Source of the DNA: Actinomycetota bacterium
Lineage (GTDB): Bacteria; Actinomycetota; Acidimicrobiia; Acidimicrobiales; Acidimicrobilacustridaceae
Assembly: GCA_009703275.1 (NCBI GenBank)
Contig: WLGJ01000001.1
Span: 1 to 56,483, forward strand
DNA length: 56,483 bases
Direction of reading: 5' to 3'
A program made the position numbers and the translations under genes. The notes under the pieces are model-generated. The model was not told where the DNA came from. It saw only the letters and a program-made list of their open reading frames with translations, and did not search any database. Of the stretch, positions 46,082 to 56,301 are shown piece by piece; position 1 is the stretch's first letter; the number at the start of each line of letters is the position of its first letter.

Positions 46082-46921
46082 ATGAACATGGAACTCCAAG
46101 GCAAAGTCGCAGTCGTTACCGGCGCTGCGTCGGGCATCGGCCTCGCCGCTGCAGAACGATTCATTGCCGAAGGCATGTCGGTTGTGATGGCCGATATCGA
46201 AGCCCCTCTTCTCAACGAACAGGTTGCGCGCTTACAAGCCGATGGCGCTGCAGTCGCTCCCTTTGTGTTGGATGTTTCCGACGCGGCGCAGGTTGCGGCC
46301 CTTCGTGATTTCGCAGTGGAGAGTTACGGCGCTGTGCATCTGCTCTTCAACAATGCCGGAGTCGGTGGAACTGGCAAGCCAACCTGGAAGACAAAGCCGG
46401 CGGCGTGGGAGTGGGTAATTGGTGTTGACCTTCTGGGTGTCGCCTATGGCGTTGAGGCATTCACGTCGCTGATGGTTGAACAAGGTGAAGGCCACATCGT
46501 CAACACGGCGTCTGAAGCTGGACTTTGCGCAACTCCGATGCTCGGCGCGTATCACGCAGCGAAATACGGGGTAGTTGGTCTGTCGGAAACGTTGGTGATG
46601 GAGCTGGCTGGAACAGGTGTTGGTGTCTCATGCCTTTGCCCCGAACTTGTCGATACGAAGATCTTTGAATCGACCCGCAATGCTCCTGCCCATCTCGGCC
46701 TTCCCAAGCCCGATCATGTCCCGATCGAAATGCTTGAATCGTTCATGAAGACGAAGGCGATTGATCCAGCGGTTGTCGCTGGCAATGTTGTCGATGCTGT
46801 CCGGAGTAATTCGTTCTGGATTCTCACCCACGAGGTGACCCATGCCCGGGCCCAGCACCGCAACGAGTCGCAACAGCGCGGCGATACTCCGTCGATGCTG
46901 CCATTGAACGGAGCCAAGTGA
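46082..46921 (+). CDS. Classical SDR oxidoreductase
   Basis: TGAASGIG, NNAGV, NTAS, YHAAK. Confidence 0.93.
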   Translation: MNMELQGKVAVVTGAASGIGLAAAERFIAEGMSVVMADIEAPLLNEQVARLQADGAAVAPFVLDVSDAAQVAALRDFAVESYGAVHLLFNNAGVGGTGKPTWKTKPAAWEWVIGVDLLGVAYGVEAFTSLMVEQGEGHIVNTASEAGLCATPMLGAYHAAKYGVVGLSETLVMELAGTGVGVSCLCPELVDTKIFESTRNAPAHLGLPKPDHVPIEMLESFMKTKAIDPAVVAGNVVDAVRSNSFWILTHEVTHARAQHRNESQQRGDTPSMLPLNGAK

Positions 46922-49185
46922 TGTCATTGAATGCGAACTATGGCGGCGAGATTGGTCGCACTCACGCTGAGTCGACTCCGTGGTGGCCACCGGCCAAGCA
47001 CCCTGGTGACGATGCTCCCAACGTTGTCGTCGTTCTTTTTGATGATCTCGGTTTCTCTCACCTCAACTGCTTTGGCTCCGACATGGTTACGCCGAACATC
47101 GACAAGTTGGCGGGCAATGGTCTGCGCTTTTCCAACTTCCATGTGACACCGCTGTGCTCGCCGACTCGAGCAGCACTACTGACAGGTCGCAACCACCACA
47201 CCGTCGGAATGCGCAGTATCGCAAACTTCAACACGGGCTATCCGCACATGACCGGCCGCATTTCTGAAAATGCAACCACGATGGGCGAGGTTTTGCGTGA
47301 GGTTGGCTACACAACCTTTGCGCTCGGGAAGTGGCACTTGTGTCCCATGGACGAAGCCTCCGCTGCCGGTCCCTACGACGCATGGCCATTGCAACGCGGT
47401 TTCGATCGGTTCTACGGATTCCTCGATGGCGAAACCGATCAGTTCGCGCCTGATCTCGTCTACGACAACCACCGAGTCGACCCGCCAGCAACTGCGGCCG
47501 AGGGATATCACCTCAGTGAAGATCTGGTCGACAAGGCGATCGAGTTCATTCACGACACCGTCTCGATTCGACCAGATCGCCCCTTCTTCACCTATCTCGC
47601 TTTTGGCGCCACCCATGCTCCGCATCAGGCGCCCGATGAGTATCTCGCTCGCCATCGTGGCAAGTACGACGAAGGCTGGGATGTTGCGCGCGAGCGCTGG
47701 TTCGCAAAGCAGATTGAACTCGGTCTGGTTCCCGCTGACACCCAACTGGCACCGCGTAACCCGGGTGTTGAACCTTGGGACTCGCTCCCCGAGAACCAGA
47801 AGAAACTCGCACTTGCATTGCAAGAAGCATTCGGTGCATTCCTCGAACATACCGACGCGCAAATTGGCCGCTTGGTCGATGAACTCGATGCGCTCGGGAA
47901 GTTGGACAACACCGTCTTCGTAGTCATGGCCGACAACGGAGCAAGTCAAGAGGGCGGGCCGTTCGGCGTTCTGCATGAAATGAAGTTCTTCAACTTCATG
48001 ATCGAAACTCCCGATGAAGCTGTCGATCGCATTCCAGAAATTGGTGGCCCCGATTCGCATGCGAACTATCCGTGGGGCTGGGCGCAAGCAGGAAATACGC
48101 CGTTTCGCTGGTACAAGCAAAACACTCACGAAGGTGGGGTGCATGTTCCGTTTGTGATGCATTGGCCTGCAGGTATTGCCGATGGCGGCGCGATTCGCGA
48201 TCAGTTCCATTACGTCACCGATGTTGCGCCAACCATTTACGACATCATCGGCATCGAGGCACCTGCGGTCTACCGAGGTGTTGAACAGTTCCCAATTGCC
48301 GGTGAGTCAATGACCTATGCCTTCACGAATACCGACGCACCAACGAACCACGATGTCCAGTACTTCGAGATGTTCGGTCATCGTGCGATGTACGACGCAG
48401 GTTGGAAAGCCGTCACGCGACATACGCCTGGCCTTTCATTCGATGACGACGTGTGGGAGCTCTACAACCTGAACGTCGATGCTTCCGAGTGCAACGACTT
48501 GGCTGCGGTTGAGCCCGAACGTCTTGCCCAGATGATCGAACAGTGGTGGATCGAGGCCGAAACCTATGGAGTTCTTCCCCTCGATGATCGCGGGGTCGAA
48601 CTGTTTGGTGCGCGCTTTGGCGAACATTCGCCCCACCGCCCCGACCGTCGCTATTCCTATTTCCCACCCATGGCTCCGCTGCCGTCACAGAGTTCCGCGG
48701 CGATTGGTGGTCGAGGGTGGACTCTCAGTGCGACCATCGACCGTGAAGCCGGCCAAGGCGGCGTCTTGTACGCACTCGGCAACGGCAATAGCGGCCTCAC
48801 CCTGTTCGTTCAGAACGAACGCCTCGTGTTTGATTACAACGTCTTTGGTGACCACTTCGAAGTCGAATCAGACCGCGAGGTGCCAGTTGGTGCTTCGGTA
48901 GTGGGTGTTCGATTCGAACGCACGGGGAAGGGTGGTCACGCGTCAGTCGTGATCGATGATGTCGAATGTGGCACCGTCGAGTTCCCCTTTGTGATGCGCG
49001 TTATCTCGAGCATGGGATCAAGCATCGGCTTCGACCATGGTTTGCCAGTGAGTCGTCGCTATTCCGACGCGTTCGCGTTCGAGGGAACCCTTCACCGCGT
49101 CGATATCGAACTCGCAAAGTCTCGCAAACCTGAATCTGCTGATGATGCGGCGGCATCTCAACGTGCTGGTATGGCCCGTCAGTGA
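46918..49185 (+). CDS. Arylsulfatase (formylglycine-dependent, mycobacterial Ats-like)
   Basis: DDLG, CSPTRAALLTGRN, GKWH, ATHAPH, ADNGAS, EGG. C-terminal LamG-like extension and no signal peptide. Confidence 0.95.
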   Translation: MMSLNANYGGEIGRTHAESTPWWPPAKHPGDDAPNVVVVLFDDLGFSHLNCFGSDMVTPNIDKLAGNGLRFSNFHVTPLCSPTRAALLTGRNHHTVGMRSIANFNTGYPHMTGRISENATTMGEVLREVGYTTFALGKWHLCPMDEASAAGPYDAWPLQRGFDRFYGFLDGETDQFAPDLVYDNHRVDPPATAAEGYHLSEDLVDKAIEFIHDTVSIRPDRPFFTYLAFGATHAPHQAPDEYLARHRGKYDEGWDVARERWFAKQIELGLVPADTQLAPRNPGVEPWDSLPENQKKLALALQEAFGAFLEHTDAQIGRLVDELDALGKLDNTVFVVMADNGASQEGGPFGVLHEMKFFNFMIETPDEAVDRIPEIGGPDSHANYPWGWAQAGNTPFRWYKQNTHEGGVHVPFVMHWPAGIADGGAIRDQFHYVTDVAPTIYDIIGIEAPAVYRGVEQFPIAGESMTYAFTNTDAPTNHDVQYFEMFGHRAMYDAGWKAVTRHTPGLSFDDDVWELYNLNVDASECNDLAAVEPERLAQMIEQWWIEAETYGVLPLDDRGVELFGARFGEHSPHRPDRRYSYFPPMAPLPSQSSAAIGGRGWTLSATIDREAGQGGVLYALGNGNSGLTLFVQNERLVFDYNVFGDHFEVESDREVPVGASVVGVRFERTGKGGHASVVIDDVECGTVEFPFVMRVISSMGSSIGFDHGLPVSRRYSDAFAFEGTLHRVDIELAKSRKPESADDAAASQRAGMARQ

Positions 49186-50456
49186 GTCAGGCGTTTCCCA
49201 GTTCCGGTTACTGGCCGAGTTCCTGGCCAGCAGAAGATGCGGGACCACTGCGTCAGCAGGTGGCTGCAGGTGCATTCGCTGGAGTTGAGACTGGCGATCC
49301 TCGTGTTGTTTCGCGCGATGCCCACGGAGCCACGATGGTGGTTCGTCGCGATTCGGGAGAGGTCTTTCTCCACGGCCACAGTGTGGGCGGCGAAAGTTTC
49401 ATCCAGACAAGTTGGGTGGAACGCATCAACCCCACCACCTTGGAAACGCTGAGCCGAGTTGACGAACTGCCGGGTGGTTCGGCGTGGCCGGGAGGTATTG
49501 CTGCGCATGCCGATGGTTCGCTCATCGTTGTCTTTGGGAACCACGCACACCGACTGAACACGCGCCTCGAGGTTGAGGTTTCGGTGGAACTGCCGCGGGA
49601 CCGTCCGTACAACTCGTTTGTTGTTCTTCCCGACGGCCATATCGTCACCAAAGATTTTGGCGGTCGACTTCCGGGCGCTGATGCATCGTTCGTGGCAGAC
49701 AACTGCGAGGTTCTGGTTCTTTCCCCGACGACTCTTGAAATTGTTTCTCGTGTCCAACTCTCCGAGCCATCAATCGCTCGTCTATCGGCCGATGGCAACA
49801 CGGTCTATGTCGTAGGCGATCATTCGCTGTTCCGAGTCGAGTGGAATGGCACTTCGCTTGAGCTTGATGCAACCTTCGCACCTCGGTATCGCACCATCGA
49901 AGGTCAAACCTACGGATGGGACGCAGTTCTTGCTCTTGGCGCAGGGTGGTTTCTCGATAACGGCGGCGGAAGTGAGAACTACGTCGGAACGTTTCGGGGT
50001 CAAGGAATCTCGCCGGCTCCGCTGCATCTGGTTCGCGTCGATCTCGAAACTGCTGCCGTTTCACTCACAGAAATTTGCGGGCTGCCGAATGGAATGGTTG
50101 CCAATCCGCCATTGATCGACGAGCGACGCATGATCGCCGTTGGTTTCGACAGCGCAAATGGTGTTCTCGCTGCGTTTGATATCGATTCCGATGGTTCGAC
50201 ATCGCCTCGGTGGAGTGTTGAACAAAACCATGGGTCGCACATGATTCTTGATCCAACCTCTGGGCTCTTCCTATCTGCCCATCACGACAACGAGCGTTGG
50301 ATGGAACAGTTCGTCGTGCGCGAGATAGCAAGTGGACGCGAAGTCGTGCGGCTTGATTCAGGTAGCCCGTTGCAATCTGTTGTATTTCCTGCAGCCGGCG
50401 AAGATCGAACCGTGTATGCGTGTTCGTTCTCTACGGTGAGCGCGCTTAGTTGGTGA
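49182..50456 (+). CDS. Hypothetical protein, probably a beta-propeller
   Basis: GTGA overlap with the sulfatase. Beta-rich repeats with DG turns. No family recognised. Confidence 0.7.
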   Translation: MSQAFPSSGYWPSSWPAEDAGPLRQQVAAGAFAGVETGDPRVVSRDAHGATMVVRRDSGEVFLHGHSVGGESFIQTSWVERINPTTLETLSRVDELPGGSAWPGGIAAHADGSLIVVFGNHAHRLNTRLEVEVSVELPRDRPYNSFVVLPDGHIVTKDFGGRLPGADASFVADNCEVLVLSPTTLEIVSRVQLSEPSIARLSADGNTVYVVGDHSLFRVEWNGTSLELDATFAPRYRTIEGQTYGWDAVLALGAGWFLDNGGGSENYVGTFRGQGISPAPLHLVRVDLETAAVSLTEICGLPNGMVANPPLIDERRMIAVGFDSANGVLAAFDIDSDGSTSPRWSVEQNHGSHMILDPTSGLFLSAHHDNERWMEQFVVREIASGREVVRLDSGSPLQSVVFPAAGEDRTVYACSFSTVSALSW

Positions 50457-50919
50457 TATCGGTGGCCGAGTGTGTGCCGCCCGTGAACTGATCGAGTCCG
50501 TCGGGCAGTGGTCGCAATTCATCGCATAGCGCCCGACTTGGCCTCGTTTCGCAATAGCCAAGAATGCGCATGCCAGTGAAGTGATGAACCCCAACAGGGT
50601 CGAGGGGGCTACGGCCGTACACCGGGCCCATATAGAACGGTCCTGGCGGGGGAGGAAGCTCGCTCGTTCGGAGCCCGACAATCTCGGTGGTTGTGGGAAT
50701 CCACCAGAGGTGCCACGCAGCGTCGGGGTCGTCGGTTGAACGCCAACCGCGTCCGAGGTCGATTTCATTCTCGACACCGCGCATGCGCACGAAGTGTCCG
50801 GGTGTTGCGAGGTCAGTGCGCGGAGCGGGCGCTTTCCAGCCGCTGATCGAGAGTCCGTAGAAACCCAGCACGACGAAGGTCGCAAGAGCGAGAACGCCGA
50901 GAAAGATCCAGGTGGACAC
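50446..50919 (-). CDS. Hypothetical membrane-anchored protein
   Basis: N-terminal TM helix. Follows the Mo enzyme on the same strand. Confidence 0.65.
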   Translation of the reverse strand: MSTWIFLGVLALATFVVLGFYGLSISGWKAPAPRTDLATPGHFVRMRGVENEIDLGRGWRSTDDPDAAWHLWWIPTTTEIVGLRTSELPPPPGPFYMGPVYGRSPLDPVGVHHFTGMRILGYCETRPSRALCDELRPLPDGLDQFTGGTHSATDITN

Positions 50920-50929
50920 CTTGGTGAGG

Positions 50930-53212
50930 CTAGGCGGGAACGACCTCGACGGGAATGCCGTTCACTGCTTGATTGCCGGAAAGCTTGTCGACGAAGTGGC
51001 CGGGAGCAAGCAGGTTTGAATTTACGCCTGCATGTTCACGGGCAACTGAGAGACGCGTGCCTGCTTTGTCGTGGCCCCAGCCATGAGGAAGAGAGACGAC
51101 ACCGCGCATCATTTCGTCGCTGATTTCAACAGGAACTTCGATCGAACCAGCTTCGCTTGTGACGCGTGCACTTGCTCCGTCGGTGAGACCGAGTTCGGTC
51201 GCATCGTCGGGATGCACGATGAGCGTGCATCGATTTCCCGCCTTCACCAACACCTTGATGTTGTGCATCCAGGTGTTCTTCGACTTGATGTTGCGTCGAC
51301 TCACCAGCACATAGGCATCGGGGTCACGGTCGAGCGCCTTCTTCAGCCGTGGAAGATCGCTGAGGATGTACTCGGGTGCCAGCTCAATCTTTCCTGAAGG
51401 CGTTCCGATGACTTCGCGAAGACGATTGGGAACCATTGGGCCGAGATCCACGCCGTGCACAGCGTCTTTGACCTTCTGCAGGTTGAGGCCGTCGGGGTCT
51501 TCGCCGTAGCGGTCGCCCCACGGACCCATTCGCAACTGCAGATCGATCATTCGCTCAGGGCCGCCATGGTCGTACAGAGGAAGTGTCGTTTCGGGATCGC
51601 GCCCGTACATATGACACATGGTGGTGAACCAACCGTCGTCGAGAGCCTCAAAATTGAAGTCGGCGTCGTTGTTGCCGGCGCACAACCAACCGAGACGAGC
51701 GAGAATTTCCCATTCGGGCACGTAGTCCTCGCCCGTGTCGAACAATTGGTCGCTCCACTTCGACGCGCTACCAATCGACCACGCCCACATGAGTTCGTCG
51801 AAGTGCGGGGACTCAAGGGGTGACGGGCCGGGAAGCAGTACGTGTGCGAATCGTGTGGTCTCGTTCATGTAGCAGTCGATCGCGATTAAGCAATCGAGCA
51901 ATGGCAGTGCGTCTTCAAGATTCTGAGAGTCCGGAACCGAAAGAGCGGGGTTCGCAGCAATATTGATGAGGGCCTTGATTTGGCCCTTGCCTGGGGTTGC
52001 GATTTCTTCGGCCAAACACGAGCACGGGACCTGACCAAGAATCTCGGGAGCACCACGGACACGACTGCGCCAGCGTCCGAACTCTGGCTCGCCCATGATC
52101 TTCGTATCAGGCACCCACGTAATGGGTTTGGCGGCGGGCTTGCCGAACAGCATGCCGCCGGATTTGTCGAACTGTCCGGCGATGATGTTGACGACGTCGA
52201 CAAGCCACGATGCAAGTGTGCCGAACTCTTGGTTGCACAGGCCGATGCGGCCGTAGAGGCCACCGCGCTCGGCGTTGGCGAGATCACGGGCGATGCGACG
52301 AATGGTTTCGGCGGGAATTCGACAGAACTCGGCAACTCGTTCAGGCGTGAAATCGATACATGCTTCGCGTACCTGTTCGACACCTTCAACGAGGCCCTCG
52401 ACATTGCCAAGAGTGAAGAGGCCTTCGGAGAAGATGACGTTGCACATTGCGAGAAGGAATGCTGCGTCGGTTCCGGGAACGATCGGAAGCCACTCGGTTG
52501 CGTGGTCGGCGGTGATTGTTCGACGGGGATCAATCACGATGACCTGACCGCCGCGCGCTTTGATGCCGTCGATCTGCGCGAGCTGATCAGGGCTTGCGAG
52601 AAGCGAACCACCAGAGGCCTGTGGATTGCCGCCCATGATCACCCAGTAATCGGTGTGGGCGATGTCGACCGTGGGGATCTTCCACATGTTTCCGTACATC
52701 AATACTGACGAGACGTTCTTCGGCCACTGATCGACAGTGCCCGCGGAGTAGATCATCGGGAAGTTGGCCTGACCCATGAGGAGTGCGCCGTACCGACTGA
52801 GGCTGAATGAATGGCCTGCAGGGTTGCCGATAAATGCGGTCATCGATTCGATGCCATGTTCGTTGAGGACGCCATGCAGAAGTTCTTCGCATTTCGCGAA
52901 GGCTTCATCCCACGAAACTTCGCGCCATGTCTCGCCCTCGCGGATCATGGGGACGCGAATGCGGTCGGGGTCCTCGTGCAATCGACCAAGGGTTGTGCCC
53001 TTTGGGCAAATGAAGCCCTTCGACCAGACATCGTCACGGTCGGGACGGATGACCTTCACATGGTCGTCGTCATCGAGGTGTACCTCGAGGCCGCACATGC
53101 ACTCACAGAGCGGGCACTGGCGCAGAAAGACCCGGGTGCCATCGGGATCGGTCCGGTGCTGGCGACCAATGACCTTTTGGCGTGTTGTCGGTGTGGCGAC
53201 GGGAACTTCCAT
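50930..53212 (-). CDS. Molybdopterin (bis-MGD) oxidoreductase with N-terminal 4Fe-4S
   Basis: CPLCECMCG...GFICPKG, DPDR, GGNP..S, VIDPRRT, PGTD, NETTRFAH, HPDDA..LG, GVVSLPHGWGH. Confidence 0.93.
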   Translation of the reverse strand: MEVPVATPTTRQKVIGRQHRTDPDGTRVFLRQCPLCECMCGLEVHLDDDDHVKVIRPDRDDVWSKGFICPKGTTLGRLHEDPDRIRVPMIREGETWREVSWDEAFAKCEELLHGVLNEHGIESMTAFIGNPAGHSFSLSRYGALLMGQANFPMIYSAGTVDQWPKNVSSVLMYGNMWKIPTVDIAHTDYWVIMGGNPQASGGSLLASPDQLAQIDGIKARGGQVIVIDPRRTITADHATEWLPIVPGTDAAFLLAMCNVIFSEGLFTLGNVEGLVEGVEQVREACIDFTPERVAEFCRIPAETIRRIARDLANAERGGLYGRIGLCNQEFGTLASWLVDVVNIIAGQFDKSGGMLFGKPAAKPITWVPDTKIMGEPEFGRWRSRVRGAPEILGQVPCSCLAEEIATPGKGQIKALINIAANPALSVPDSQNLEDALPLLDCLIAIDCYMNETTRFAHVLLPGPSPLESPHFDELMWAWSIGSASKWSDQLFDTGEDYVPEWEILARLGWLCAGNNDADFNFEALDDGWFTTMCHMYGRDPETTLPLYDHGGPERMIDLQLRMGPWGDRYGEDPDGLNLQKVKDAVHGVDLGPMVPNRLREVIGTPSGKIELAPEYILSDLPRLKKALDRDPDAYVLVSRRNIKSKNTWMHNIKVLVKAGNRCTLIVHPDDATELGLTDGASARVTSEAGSIEVPVEISDEMMRGVVSLPHGWGHDKAGTRLSVAREHAGVNSNLLAPGHFVDKLSGNQAVNGIPVEVVPA

Positions 53213-53289
53213 GGTGCGACCCCCCGGTGCGTTGGAACGGTCAGAGCGTAGACCGAGGGACTGTCTCACCCGTTCGGCAGTCTTTCGGC

Positions 53290-53526
53290 ATGGACACACC
53301 TTCCCCTTCCTTCACCATCGATTGCGATACCTGCGTCATGCAGCACACCGATGCCTGCAATGACTGTGTTGTGTCGTTCATCTGTTCCCGAGAGCCGGGC
53401 GACGCCGTCGTGGTCGACCTCAACGAGTATCGGGCACTCGAAATGCTGGCCGAGTCAGGGCTGGTCCCGGAACTTCGCCATCGTGGGCGGCCTGGTTCCC
53501 CGCAGCGCCGCCACCGCACGGGCTGA
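53290..53526 (+). CDS. Small Cys-rich conserved actinobacterial protein
   Basis: IDCDTC......C.DCVV...C...E..AL..LA..GLVP.LRH. Confidence 0.75.
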   Translation: MDTPSPSFTIDCDTCVMQHTDACNDCVVSFICSREPGDAVVVDLNEYRALEMLAESGLVPELRHRGRPGSPQRRHRTG

Positions 53527-53551
53527 TCGTTTCACCTGAGACAATGGGTCG

Positions 53552-54601
53552 GTGAACGCGCCCGGCCTCATCGACCAACTCAACGATGCAGCCCAGCGTG
53601 CGGGACTGGTCGCCATCGGTGTTGCGGCGGTCGAACCCTTCGCCGACACCCGTGAGGTTCTCGAAACACGCAAAGCTGAGGGCCTCCACGGAGGCATGGC
53701 ATTCACCTATCGCGATCCGGAGCGTTCGACTGATCCCGCTCGGATCCTTGCCGGCGCTCGCTCACTCGTTGTCGGAGCGTTTCCGTATTCCGCAGGTGCA
53801 GTGAATGATCCGTCATTCGATGGTCCTGCTGGTCGTGTTGCTCGCTACGCGATCACCGATCACTACGCATCGTTGCGCTCCGCTCTTGATGAGGTCGCAA
53901 CTGTCCTTGAAGACGCAGGTCATCGCACTCGTGTCGTGCTCGATGACAATGCCCTTGTCGATCGCGCTGCAGCGCAGCGCGCTGGGTTGGGTTGGTTCGG
54001 GCACAACGCCAACCTCTTGGTGCCCGGCTACGGAAGTTGGGTCGTGCTTGGCTCAATCGTCACCGATGCAGACCTGGCTCAATCCGAACCTGTTCCCGAC
54101 GGATGTGGAACATGTCGACGGTGTCTCGATGGATGTCCGACCGGAGCAATCATCGCCCCTGGCGTCGTTGATGCTCGTCGTTGTCTTGCGTGGTTGGTTC
54201 AGGCTGAAGGCACATTTCCGATGGAGTTTCGTGAGGCACTCGGTGACCGCATCTACGGATGTGATGAATGTCAGGAAGTGTGTCCGCCGGCGAGACGCAG
54301 TCCGCAAGCAAAGGAAACTATCCACTCACCGACATCGTGGGTTGATCTGTTATGGGTGCTCGATGCCGATGACGATGAACTTCTTTCGCAACTCGGGCGC
54401 TGGTACATCCCGCGTAGGGATCCTCGGTATTTGCGTCGGAACGCACTCCTTGCTCTCGGCAATACAGCCGATCCGCACTCTGCAGATGTTCGCTCTGAGA
54501 TCGAAAGATTTGTTGTGAGCACTGCTGGTGACGAGATGTTGCAGGAACATGCGCAGTGGGCATTGCGTCGACTCGATGAGCGAATGCAGGCGCAAGTATG
54601 A
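53552..54601 (+). CDS. queG: tRNA epoxyqueuosine(34) reductase
   Basis: GRVARYA..DHY, AGLGWFG.N..L, GSW..LG, CGTCRRCLDGCPTGA, DARRC, IYGCDECQEVCP, RRNA..ALGN. Confidence 0.93.
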   Translation: MNAPGLIDQLNDAAQRAGLVAIGVAAVEPFADTREVLETRKAEGLHGGMAFTYRDPERSTDPARILAGARSLVVGAFPYSAGAVNDPSFDGPAGRVARYAITDHYASLRSALDEVATVLEDAGHRTRVVLDDNALVDRAAAQRAGLGWFGHNANLLVPGYGSWVVLGSIVTDADLAQSEPVPDGCGTCRRCLDGCPTGAIIAPGVVDARRCLAWLVQAEGTFPMEFREALGDRIYGCDECQEVCPPARRSPQAKETIHSPTSWVDLLWVLDADDDELLSQLGRWYIPRRDPRYLRRNALLALGNTADPHSADVRSEIERFVVSTAGDEMLQEHAQWALRRLDERMQAQV

Positions 54602-55722
54602 AGCACCTTCTGGTCACGAATGATTTCCCGCCGAAGGTTGGCGGTATTCAGAATTACTTGTGGGAGTTGTGGCGGCGGCTCCCACCTGAGTCAACAACTG
54701 TGCTCACGACGCCGTATCGCGGAGCAAAAGCTTTCGATGCGCAGCAACCTATTCGTATCGAACGCGATTCTTCGAAGGTGTTGCTGCCTACTCGCGCGCT
54801 GGCCCGACGTATCGACCGCCTTGCCGCAGAGATTGATGCTGATCTTGTATTGCTTGATCCCGCTGTTCCTCTCGGCATGGTTGGACCTTGGCTCGAGCGG
54901 CCCTATGGGGTTGTGGTTCATGGAGCAGAAGTGACCGTTCCTGGCCGGTTGCCGATTGCTGGTTCGGTTTTGCGGCGCGTCCTTCGCGGGGCCGAGGTCG
55001 TCATTGCCGCCGGCGGATATCCCGCGGCTGAAGCGCGCCGATGTGCGGGCACTGATCTCCCGACGATCATCATTCCGCCAGGTGTCGACACCAACCGTTT
55101 TGTTCCCGCAGGGGAGAGCGAGCGCAGTGAGATTCGGCACCGACTTGGTTTCGATCCCCATGCACCGCTCATCGTTGGCATGAGTCGATTGGTTCCTCGC
55201 AAAGGTTTTGATGTGTTGATCGACGCGAGCGCCGAGTTAGCCCACCGATGGCCCACATTGCAGGTTGCAATTGCGGGATCGGGTCGCGATCGGGCTCGTC
55301 TTGAACGACGAGCAAAACATCGTGGCGCGCCGGTGAGATTTTTGGGTCGTGTCGACGATGCCGATCTCATTCCTCTTCTTGGTTCCGCGGATGCCTTTGC
55401 GATGTTGTGCCGGAATCGATGGGCCGGGCTTGAACAAGAAGGGTTTGGCATCGTGTTTCTTGAAGCGGCCGCTTGCGGAGTTCCGGTGGTCGCTGGTCGA
55501 AGCGGTGGCTCCGCTGAAGCAGTCGTCAATGGTCGGACCGGGTTTGTCGTCGAGCAGCCGCGCGATACCGCTTCGGTAGTGAAGGCGTTAGAACTTCTAC
55601 TTGAGGACGCTGCCCTCGCTCGGCAATTGGGTGATGCTGGGCGTAAGCGAGCCGATGTGGAGTTCACCCATGATCGACTGGCAACATTGCTGCACGAAGA
55701 ACTGAAACGGATTGGGTCCTGA
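54598..55722 (+). CDS. pimB: GT4 phosphatidylinositol mannoside mannosyltransferase (PimB'/Rv2188c-like)
   Basis: LLVTNDFPP..GGIQ.Y, HGAE, PPGVDT.RF, SRLVPRKG.D, EGFGIVFLEAAA.G.PV..GRSGG. Synteny with the SRPBCC gene. Confidence 0.82.
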   Translation: MKHLLVTNDFPPKVGGIQNYLWELWRRLPPESTTVLTTPYRGAKAFDAQQPIRIERDSSKVLLPTRALARRIDRLAAEIDADLVLLDPAVPLGMVGPWLERPYGVVVHGAEVTVPGRLPIAGSVLRRVLRGAEVVIAAGGYPAAEARRCAGTDLPTIIIPPGVDTNRFVPAGESERSEIRHRLGFDPHAPLIVGMSRLVPRKGFDVLIDASAELAHRWPTLQVAIAGSGRDRARLERRAKHRGAPVRFLGRVDDADLIPLLGSADAFAMLCRNRWAGLEQEGFGIVFLEAAACGVPVVAGRSGGSAEAVVNGRTGFVVEQPRDTASVVKALELLLEDAALARQLGDAGRKRADVEFTHDRLATLLHEELKRIGS

Positions 55723-55723
55723 C

Positions 55724-56281
55724 GTGGCTGACGAAAAGAACGAGAGCGGCGGTCCGATCGGGACGGACCCTGCACAACCAGTTGCTGGAAAGGGAATTCT
55801 TCGGGCAACGGTTATTGGCACAGCTGTTTTCGTGGTGGTCGGGTTCGCTGCTGCGATCGTTCAAGGAGCGCTCACCGGCGTTTATGTCGCACTCTCACTG
55901 TTTGAGTTCCTTGTCGGAATGATCGTGTTTGCGCTCGCGTTCTTTCGTGCCATTGATCGAAGCCGAACCGAAGCGATTGGAATTGGCGGCCTCTTCTTTG
56001 CTTCGGGGACTGCGCCCAAACGCGTGCAGACCACACTGATGGTTTCGTTGACGGTGCAGGTGGTTGCGTCGATTGTGGTTGCGTCGCTTCATCTCTACAC
56101 AGCACTGGCGTTCGGCGTTCTCGCACCAATGTGGGCCCTCGGATTTACCGGTTTGTGGGTTGCCGCATACGGGACCTTCCCGGAACGAACACCAGAGCTC
56201 AGTCGGGTGGGTCGTCGGGAAGAAGCTCGGCGTGTTCATAAACAGTCAGCACCGAAGAAGGCGGCAGACGACGCCGAGTAG
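55724..56281 (+). CDS. Hypothetical four-TM membrane protein
   Basis: Four hydrophobic segments and RSR.E.I...GLFF. Confidence 0.7.
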   Translation: MADEKNESGGPIGTDPAQPVAGKGILRATVIGTAVFVVVGFAAAIVQGALTGVYVALSLFEFLVGMIVFALAFFRAIDRSRTEAIGIGGLFFASGTAPKRVQTTLMVSLTVQVVASIVVASLHLYTALAFGVLAPMWALGFTGLWVAAYGTFPERTPELSRVGRREEARRVHKQSAPKKAADDAE

Positions 56282-56301
56282 GAGCGGAGTAGGGTACGGG
56301 C

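Noticed and set aside
50930-53299. Selenocysteine or Tat export in the molybdoenzyme
   Set aside because: No in-frame TGA and no twin-arginine signal. The extension upstream of 53212 is probably not translated.
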